Assembly (NCBI GenBank): GCA_963575745.1
Contig: CAUYUJ010000309.1
Location: 1 to 64,000 of the forward strand
Direction: 5' to 3'
Origin: Prorocentrum cordatum
Lineage: Eukaryota
Length of the DNA: 64,000 bases
Shown here: piece after piece, positions 53,535-64,000 of the stretch
Numbering within the stretch: position 1 is the first letter of the stretch
Layout of the letters: every line of letters starts with the position of its first letter
The notes under the pieces: model-generated
Told to the model about the DNA's origin: nothing
Seen by the model: only the letters and a program-made list of their open reading frames with translations
The model's database searches: none
Translations under genes and position numbers: made by a program

Positions 53535-53758
53535 CAGTAGTAGTAGTAGTAGAAGTAGTAGTAGTAGTAGTAGCAGCAGTAGTAGTAGTAGTAGTAGTAG
53601 TAATAGTAGTGGTGGTGGTGGTGGTGGTGGCGGTAGTAGAAGTAGTAGTAGTCGTAGTAGTCGTAGTAGTCGTAGTAAAAATATTAGTAGTAGTAGTAGC
53701 AGTAGTAGTAGAAGTAGAAGTACTAGTAGTAGTAGTAGTAGTAGTTGTAGTAGTAGCC

Positions 53759-53802
<44 letters not shown>

Positions 53803-54560
53803 AGCAGCAGTAGTAGTAGTAGTAGTAGCAGTAGTAGTGCTATCATTATCAGCATTAATAACATTAGGAGTAGTAATCGTAGTACGTAGGTGTAGTAGCA
53901 GTGCTAGTAGTAATAGCACTTGAAGCATTACTGCTAATATTGTATAGTATAGTTGTTATTAGTTCGATTACCACCTTTACGTTTATCAGTCTTACGACTA
54001 TGGTGTACACTTCTGCTTATGAGTATAAATACTGTCCTTAACATTAACGTTTCATTATCGGTATGATTATCATCCGCTTTCGCATAAGTATGATGAATGG
54101 TGTGATGTCTGCCCATGCTGAATAACACTATCATTGGTATGCTTACTAGCAATTGTATTAGAATTATTTGTATCGTTAGCGTTATTATTCTTAGTATGTT
54201 TCGTATTACTATTATCCTTCGTAGTCGTAGCATTATTCGTTCTATTGCTACTCATATCACAAGTCTTGCTTCGTCGAATCATTAGTGATAGTAGTACGAT
54301 TAGTCTGAGTATGCTGAATATTCGTCTGATGAGTATCAGTATTCGTATTGTTATTATGATTCGCATTCCTATTCTTATTATATCATTCCTAATATGCTGG
54401 ATTCGCCTTTTCAACTTGTTCCGCTTCGTCTTCTTAGTATTATGATTATGTGTAGTATTCGTATTATTCGAGTGGTTTATTATTAGTCTTAATAACATTA
54501 GTACCCTTATTGCTCGTCTTCTAAATTTTGTTGCCATGTTCCTATTCTTACTGTTTAACA
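53305..54560. repeat. (GTA)n / (GTAGTTA)n tract decaying into AT-rich low-complexity DNA
   Basis: Visible directly. Confidence 0.9.
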
Positions 54561-55095
54561 AATGTTTGTGACTGTCATTAGAATCATGTTTCGATCAGTT
54601 CTCCACCCTCCTTGCTACGTCCTCCCTCCTCCCCCCCTGACGGCTCCTCCAGCGCAATCCCTAGCGCGCTCAGCTCGCCGAAGAGGGGGTTCCAGCGACG
54701 ATCCAAGAAATCCGCGCGGAACTCCGAAAGCTTATGCTTGACTGACAGGCGAGCAACAAGGAGAAAATAATCGCTGGCGCCCACGGGCGCCTACTGGGAG
54801 AAACTGTACTTGCTGAAGACACGCGTGTATGTATGTGTATATATACACATATAGTTATATATACATATATAACTATAGATATAGATATAGATATAGATAT
54901 AGATACAGATACAGATATAGAAATAGATATAGATATAGATGTGTGTGTGTGTACCAACAGGAGGAGACGGACGAGTTTTATTCCCAGTCGAAAGCTTTAA
55001 GGGGGGGCAGCACTACAGACCTTCTGACGTTATGCAAGTGTTTCTTCTTCGATGTTCCGCTGCCAGCGCCGCTTGAGCCGCTCGATTCCTCTGGC

Positions 55096-55172
55096 CGGCT
55101 CTCCTCCGCCCTGGCCTTCGTGAGCAGGCCCTTGAGTTTCTTGGCCTCGGCCTCGGCCTGCTTCTGCGCGGC
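55096..55172 (-). CDS. Candidate exon (AAQKQAEAEAKKLKGLLTKARAEES), coiled-coil-like
   Basis: CCCCCCAG|G acceptor and CG|GC donor candidate; nearly all third positions G/C. Confidence 0.65.
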
Positions 55173-55344
55173 CTGGGGGGCGAGACTCTCGTCCTCTGGT
55201 CTGTCTCTCTCTCTCTCTCTTTTTCTCTTTGTCTCTGTCTTTCTCTCTCTGTTTTTTTCTCCATATTCCTCTCTGCTGCTCTCTCCATACATGTCTGTGT
55301 ATATACACATTAGACGAGCACGTACATAAACATGTAAACATACA

Positions 55345-56560
55345 TGTATGTTTGTTGTGTGTGAGTGTAGTGTGGGTGCATGTGTGTTGTGTGTGGATGT
55401 GAATGTGAGTGTGAGTGTGTGTGTGTATGTGTGTGTCTATGTGTGTGCCTGTGTGTGTTGTGTGTTGCGTGTTGTGTTGTGTGTTGTGTGTTGTGTTGTG
55501 TGTTGTGTCTGTTGTGTCGTGTGTTGTGTTTTGTGTGTTGTGTGTGTCGTGTGTGGTGTGTGAGTTGATTGTGTTGCGTGTTGTGTGTTGTGTGTTGTGT
55601 GTGAATTACGTGCTGTGTGTTGTGTGCTGTGTGTTGTATGTGTTGTGTGCTGTGTGCTGTATTGTGTGGGGTTGTGTGTTGTGTGTTGTGTGTGTTGTGT
55701 GTTGTGTGGTGTCTGTGTTGTGTGCTGTCTGTTGTGTGTTGTGTGCTGTGTGTGGTGAGTGTGTTGTGCGTTGCGTGTGTTGTGTGTTGCGTGTTGTGTG
55801 TTGTGTCCGTTGTGTCTGGTGTGCGTTGTGTGTGGCGTGTGTGTGTGCGTGCGTTGCGTGTGTTGTGTGTTGTGCGTGTTGTGTGCTGTGTGTTGTGTCT
55901 GCTGTGTGTGTTGTGTGCTGTGTGTTGTGTGTTGTGTGTGGTGTGTGCGTGTTCTGTGTGTTGTGTGTTGCGGGTGTTGTGTGCTGTTTTTTGTGTGTGT
56001 GGAAGTGTGTGTGTGTGTGTGCGTGTGCGTGTGTGCGCGTGTGTGTGTGTGCCTGTGTGTGGAGTATGTGTGGTGTGTAGTGTGTGTGTGTGTGTGTGCG
56101 TGTGCGCCTGCGTGTGCGTGTGCGTGTGCGCGGGCGCGGGCGTGGGCGTGTGCGTGTGCGCGTGCGTGTGAGTGTGCATATGCGTGTGCGTGTGCGTGTG
56201 CGTGCGTGTGTGCGTGTGCGTGTGCGAGTGCGTGTGCGTGTGCGTGTGCGTGTGCGTGTGCGTGTGCGTGTGCGTGTGCGTGTGCGTCTGCGTGTGCGTC
56301 TGCGTCTGCGTGTGCGTGTGCGTGTGCGTGTGCGTGTGCGTGTGCGTGCGCGTGCGCGTGTGCGTGTGCGTGTGCGTGTGCGTGTGCGTGTGCGTGTGCG
56401 TGTGCGTGTGCGTGTGCTTGTGTGTGTGTGTCCGTGTCTGTGTGTGTGTTTGTGCTTGTGTTTATGCTTGTGTTTGTGTGTTGTGCTTGTGCGTGTGCTT
56501 GTGCTTGTGTTTGTGGTTGTGGTTGTGCTTGTGGTTGTGTTCGTGTTTGTGCGTGTGGCT
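55345..56560. repeat. GT-rich complex: (GTGTGTT)n and (GTGTGC)n
   Basis: Visible directly. Confidence 0.95.
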
Positions 56561-57492
56561 TCATCCCTCTCTGCTGTCTCCCTAACACTCACGCTCTTTA
56601 CACATCTCTCTCTCTCTCTTTCTCTCTACCGTCCCTCTCTCTCTCTATCTCTCCCCCTGTCGGAAAATGATGTATGTACCGCAGCATTAGAACCACACGC
56701 GCGTGCTCCGCGCGCGCTTGGGTTCTGGCGCAGGCCAGGGCGCCATTACGACACCTCAGATCCGTGCCACAATGCGTAGCGGGGTTGACGCCAGCCTGCG
56801 CCAACTGCACGTGACATTGGGACCAGCGCGCCCCATCTCTCGCCGTACCGTGTCCCACAGCATGTCTTACCTCTCCGCCCTGCTGGCTCCGTCCCCGATT
56901 CTCTCTCGCTTGCCCTCGTTGGTCTCCAGTCGGTCCTCTTATCCGCCTCCTCCTACTAAGGGCATCCATCCTACATGCTCGCTCCTTGGCATTCCTGTCA
57001 TTTTCTCTCTCCTTTCCTCCCTGCCCATTCCCGCCCGCAACTGCCGTCCCTTACTCTGCTTGCGTTACAGTGTAGGCCCGTTTCGCTCTCAGCCCTTGCC
57101 GAACGGACTCTCTTCATCCCATCCTCCTCGGCACCCGCCCCCACCCCCTTTTTTCCAAACTCTCCATTTGCCTTCTGCCTCCTCTCTCCCCTGCCCCGTC
57201 CTCATCCCCGTACGTTCGTGTGTAGATTCCTCCATGTGTTCTGCTGGTCCGCCCGTATCCCCCTCTCCTCCTCGTCATTGTCGTCCCCATCCTCCTCCTC
57301 CTCCTCCTCCTCCTCCTCCTCGTCCTCCTCCTCCTCCTCCTCCTCCTCCTTCTCCTCCATCTCCTCCTCACCGCCTCCTCCTCCTCTTCCTCCTCCTCTT
57401 CGTTGTTCATTGTTTTGTTCTTGTGAGCTTTGCTATTAGTATGATTAGCAGTAGTACCATTAATATGATAATTACTAGTACTATCAGTATTC

Positions 57493-58667
57493 TGATACCG
57501 GAGAAAAACACAATCAGGGCTATAGGGCTTGGGGGCTATAGGGCTATAGGGCCATTGAGCTATAGGGCTATAGAGCTATAGGGCTGTAGAGTTGTAGGGC
57601 TATAGGGCTATTGGGCTATTGAGCTATAGGGCTACAGGGCTATAAGGCTTAGGGCTACAGGGCTATAGGGATAGGGCACCCCCGGGCACCCCCGGGCACC
57701 CCCAGGCACCCCCGGGCACGCCCGGGCACCCGGGCAACGGGGCACCGGGGCACCCGGGCACCCCCGGGCATCCCCTGGGCACCCGGGCCCTGGGCACCCC
57801 CAGGCACCCGGGCACCCAGGCGTGCAGCGAAAATCGGCGACAAACCTAATGATACCAGAGAAAAACCCCAATCAGGGCTATAGGGCTTGGGGGCTCTAGG
57901 GCTATAGGGCTATTGAGCTATAGGGCTATAGAGCTATAGGGCTATAGAGTTGTAGGGCTATAGGGCTATTGGGCTATTGGGCTATAGGGCTATAGGGCTA
58001 TAGGGCTTAGGGCTATAGGGCTATAGGGCACCCCCGGGCACCCCCGGCCACCCCCAGGCACGCCCGGGCACCCGGGCATCCGGGCACCCGGGCACCCGGG
58101 CACCCCCGGGCACCCCCCTGGGCACCCGGGCCCTGGGCACCCCCAGGCACCCGGGCACCCGGACGTGCAGCGAAAATCGGCGACAAACCGACCCTAACCA
58201 TATGAATCCATGATACCAGCGAAAAAACCCAATCAGGGCTATAGGGCTAGGGGGCTATAGGACTATAGGGCTATTGAGCTATAGGGCTATAGAGCTATTG
58301 GGCTATGGAGTTATAGGGTTATTGGGCTATTGGGCTATTGGGCTATTGGGCTATAGGGAAATAGGACTATAGGGCTCAGGGCTATAGGGCTGTAGGGCAC
58401 CCCCGGGCACCTGGGCACCCGGGCACCCCCCGGGCACTCCCCCGGCACCCGGGCCCCCGGGCACCCTGGGGCACCCGGGAACCCGGGCGTGCCACGAAAA
58501 TCGGCGACAAACCTAACCTAACCATATGAATCCGCTAGGACCCCTACAGTGGTAAGCTCTGTGGGGAACTAGGACCCCTACAGAGGCAGGCTCTGATTAG
58601 GGAACCTACCATATAAATCCGCTGGGACCCCTACAGAGGCAAGCTCTGAGTGGGGAATTGTGAATCA
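57493..58667. repeat. Staggered trimer of a ~360-bp composite unit with (GGGCTATA)n and (GGGCACCC)n blocks
   Basis: Units start with TGATACC at 57493, 57850 and 58211. Confidence 0.9.
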
Positions 58668-58699
58668 AATTACTATTAGTATTGTTATTCGTTGAAGGA

Positions 58700-60520
<1,821 letters not shown>

Positions 60521-60831
60521 TATTACTCGTCCTCCACCTCCTCTTCCTCCGCCTCGGCCTCCGCATCGCCTCCGCCTCCGCCTCCTCCTCCTCCTCCTCC
60601 TCCTCCTCCTCCTCCGCCTCCTCACCCTCGTCCTCGTCCTCCTCCCCCTCCTCTTCCTCCTCCTCCTCTTCCTCATCCTCCTCCTTGTCCTCCACCTCCT
60701 CTTCCTCCTCCTCCTCATCCTCCCCCTCCTCCTCCTCCCTGTCCCTTGTTTTTATCCGCCTCTTCCCCCGAGGAAAAGGAGGCCGTTGCACCTCAAGAGG
60801 AGGGCGCCTCTGCGCGACGGCGCCGCCGAGC

Positions 60832-60933
60832 CTCCGAGGCGGAAACGCTGTCGCGCAGCTCCTTCAGGCCAGCGTCGCCGACCGCGGCCTTCTTCTGGAA
60901 GTCGTGCAGCTGGGCGCGGACCCCGTGGGGGGC
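60832..60933 (-). CDS. Candidate exon (APHGVRAQLHDFQKKAAVGDAGLKELRDSVSASE), coiled-coil-like
   Basis: High GC3; GAG|GC donor; 102 nt, phase 0-0 if the acceptor is the last GAG of the adjacent tract (acceptor uncertain). Confidence 0.55.
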
Positions 60934-62052
60934 CTCCTCCTCCTCCTCCTCCTCCTCCTCAACCTGCTCCTCCTCCTCCTCCTCATCATCATCATCATCA
61001 TCATCATCAGCAGCAGCATCATCATCATCATCACCACCACCATCATCATTATCAGCATCAGCATCATCAGCATCATCATCCTTGTCCTTGTTCTTGCTGT
61101 TAAACCCCCGAATGGGGAGTCTGGCCTGCTCTGGGCCCAGCTGGTCCTGGTGAGTCTCCCCCCCCCCCCTGAGCGGCAGCGGGTGGAGAGAGGGGAGGGG
61201 CAGGGAGAGCGAGAGAGAGGGAGAGAGGGGAGGGGCAGGGAGAGAGAGAGAGAGGGAGAGAGGGGAGGGGCAGGGAGAGAGAGAGAGAGAGGGAGAGAGG
61301 GGAGGGGCAGGGAAGGGGGGAGCGGGAGGGGAGCGAGGACAGGGGCAGGAGAGAGGAGGGAAGCAGCCGACAGAAAACAAGGCCCAATAATACAGGTACG
61401 CGCAGCAGAGAGGGATGGGGGGGAGAAGCGCCTCAACTCCAAATGGCGGTTGCGCGGCGGAAGGAAGAACGGGGGGAGAGAGAAGGGGAGGGGGGACGCC
61501 TCAACGCCAAAGGACGGTTGAGGCAACGGAGGGGGAAGAGGGGAGGGAGGAGGGAGCAAAGGAGCATGTTCTCGCCAAGCGGCGTTGAGGTCGGGAGGGA
61601 GGGGCGGGGACGGACGAGGACGGGGAGGGGGGAGGGACGCCTCAACGCCAGAAGGGCGGTTGCGGCGGGAAGGGGGGGGGGGGGAAGGAGGAGGAGCCCG
61701 AGGAGGGGGGCGCCTCAGCGCCAACGGGCGGTTGGGGCCAGCATGCAAGCCCGTGGATGCCGTGCCAGCAATGCTTTCTGCCGAGATCCGAGGCATCGTC
61801 GAAATCGCACGCAGATAGCGGACTAGCAGGCGTAATCTCACTGTGGACGTCCGGCCCGTGCACGGACACCTGAATGAGATGCAGCTCGGCGTCCACAGTG
61901 GAAGCGAGTGCGGATGCTGTCACGAAGATCAGCTTGTACGCCATCGCTGAATCGACAATGGCTTGAACATATAACAACAGATGTTCAGGTGATGTTCAGT
62001 GAGGATGCTTGGGACAAGATGTGATCACCTCGAACCAAAGTGTCTGCGGAAA

Positions 62053-63530
62053 GGGCCTTCTTGCGGCCCTCTTGGGCTGTCTCGGGACCCTCTTGGGCCG
62101 TCTTGGGGGACTTGGGCCGTCTTGGGGCCCTCTTGGGGCGCTCTTGGGCCCTCTTGGGGGCCTCCTGTGGCCCTCTTTGGGGCTCTCTTGGGAACCTTTC
62201 GGGACCCCCTGGGGCCCCTCTTGGGCCGTCTTGGGGCTCTCTTGGGCCGTCTTGGAGCATTTGGGGCCGTCTTGGGGCCCTCTTGGGGGCCTCTTGTGCC
62301 GTCTTGGGGCGGTCTTGGGGGGCCTCTCGGATCTAGGACCGGGCCGCTTTGGCCGTCTTGAAACCATCTTCGGCCGTTTTTGAACGCTCTTGGACCGTGT
62401 TGGGGTCCTCCTGGGCATCCCTGAGGCCGTCCTGGAGGTTCCTGCAGCCGTCTTGGGAGCCTCTTGGGCCGTCTTGGCGCTCTTGGGGCTGGCTTGGGCC
62501 GTCTGGGGCCGAACATAGCCGAACGTTGGGGCCATGGGATCTGGGGCGGGTCCTGCCCACCCCCATCACACCACCCCTTGTCAGTTCCCCCAACTGACGG
62601 ATTACGACGCTACGCGCGCCGTCCGTCATCTGAGGCCGCCGACGCCAACCCCCTCACACTCCCCCGTATGAGTCCCCGGGCTACGGATCGCGACGCTGCG
62701 CGCGCTTTCCGTTATCCGCCGCCCCCTCGTGATCACAGGGGTGCCCAGCGTGCTGAACGTCTGATGGTTTCTGGTTCTTTGAGACCTCCCCCTGAGGCTT
62801 CGGCCCAGAACGCTGGCCACCCTGAAAGCCGCCGAAACTTTATCTCTCGTGGGTCGAATCGCCTCCCAGACAGCCCGGATGGCTCAAGATGGCCTCGAAG
62901 ATGCTTCCAAGACAAGACGCCTACATGACGGCCAAGACGGCACCAAGAGAGCACCAAATGGCCCCACGATGCACCCAAGACGGCCCAAGATGGTCCAAGA
63001 GAGCCCAAGACGGCCCAGGAAACGCGCAAGAGGCCCCTAAGACGGCCCAAGAGGCCTCCAAGAGGTCCTCCAGGAAGGCCAGAAGAGGCCAAAATCATTG
63101 ATCTCCCTGAGATGTTTGAAAAAATTTGGCATTTTCTTCAAAACGGCCTCCCGACAGCCCAAGACGGCCCAAGAGACCCCCAAGATTGCGCCAAGATCGC
63201 CCAAGAGGCCTCAAAGATGGCCCCAAGACGGCTCAAGAGGCACTCAAGATGGCCCCCAAAGGGCCCCAAGACGGCCCAAGAGGCCTCCAAGACGCCCAGG
63301 ATGGCCTTCAAGACGGCCCCGAAGCGCCACAAGAGGGTCCCAAAACAGTCCAAAGAGGCTCCCAAGAAGACTTCCGACGGCGTCAGACGGGCCAGGAACG
63401 CCGTAAGACGGCCAAAGAGGCCCTGTAGAAGCCCCCAAATGTCCCCAAGAGGCCCAAGGAGGCCCCTAAGAGGCCCCCAGGAAGTTCTCAGGAGTCCCCA
63501 AGAATGACCCCAGAAGCTCCCAAGAGGTCT
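62053..63530. mobile_element. Foldback-like structure: inverted modular arms around a ~370-bp core
   Basis: (TCTTGGGGCC)-type array at 62053-62510 and (GGCCCCAAGA)-type array at 62880-63530. Confidence 0.55.
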
Positions 63531-64000
63531 CCTAATCCGTATCCTTATCCTCCTTTTTTCCTCCCTCTCATCATCCTCTTCCTGCCCCACGTGTCCCCCG
63601 AAGGGCTTCCACAACAGCTGGGGGAACGGATGGTACAATAGCGTGGCCACGCTTTGCCTGAACATTTGGCCAGAGGCGCATTTCAAAGAGGCAGGGGGCG
63701 GCCTTGACTCGCGTAATTAGGCGTCTTCGATAGTGTGAGATTACTGTGCTACGGAATTACATGTATGATTGGACACGGGATATGTTGCGACAGGGCCTTC
63801 GCGGAAAACGCTGCCGCTCAGCACGTCAACTTCCAGACGTGGATCTGGCGCGTGAGCGCCAGATCCACCGACACATCGCCGATAGATCGGCGATGGGCCC
63901 CCGATGGCGAATCCGCATGGTCCTGGGCGGGGTTAGGGGAGCGAAGAATGACATGAACATAAAAACTCGGAGGTCCGCGCGGATTTCTCGGATCCGCGCT

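Noticed and set aside
58185..58525. CCCTAACC as an interstitial telomere
   Set aside because: Only 1-2 units, embedded in the composite repeat; not a telomeric array.
61760..61960. LSAEIRGI...VRPVHGH resembling RNase H motifs
   Set aside because: The motif spacing is too short, there are in-frame stops, and other catalytic residues are missing.
62881..62888. GGCTCAAG, the 3' end of the dinoflagellate spliced leader
   Set aside because: Only a short match inside a CCAAGA-type array; the upstream CCGTAGCCATTTT part is absent. No convincing SL relic was seen in the window.

Overview
Eukaryotic, GC-rich, extremely repeat-dense DNA. There are no operons, rRNA, tRNA or CRISPR arrays, and nearly all long ORFs in the track are artefacts of microsatellites. 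Short GC3-rich exon-like islands with AG|G acceptors and G|GC or G|GA donors, plus a plastid-lumen-type protein fragment, suggest a photosynthetic dinoflagellate (inference). The coding signal consists of: (i) an uninterrupted PsbQ-like stretch at 3719-4056 (+) with a 1-nt frameshift; (ii) a chain of 36-102 nt minus-strand mini-exons encoding coiled-coil-like peptides, spread over more than 34 kb; (iii) a decayed LINE endonuclease at about 39.2-40.8 kb. The rest is a dense collection of small mobile elements and satellites. The clearest structural discovery is a head-to-tail dimer of a 2.1-kb Helentron/Helitron2-like non-autonomous element (14094-18363). It carries (CAGCCT)n and a 73-bp minisatellite and sits in the A-run of a Tc1/mariner-type MITE, whose empty copies lie at 33706 and 46061. 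Also present are a MITE family with exact 8-bp target-site duplications, a repeat family whose end always abuts a trinucleotide microsatellite, a staggered trimer with telomere-like 8-mers, and a foldback structure. All family assignments come from sequence structure read by eye, not from database searches.
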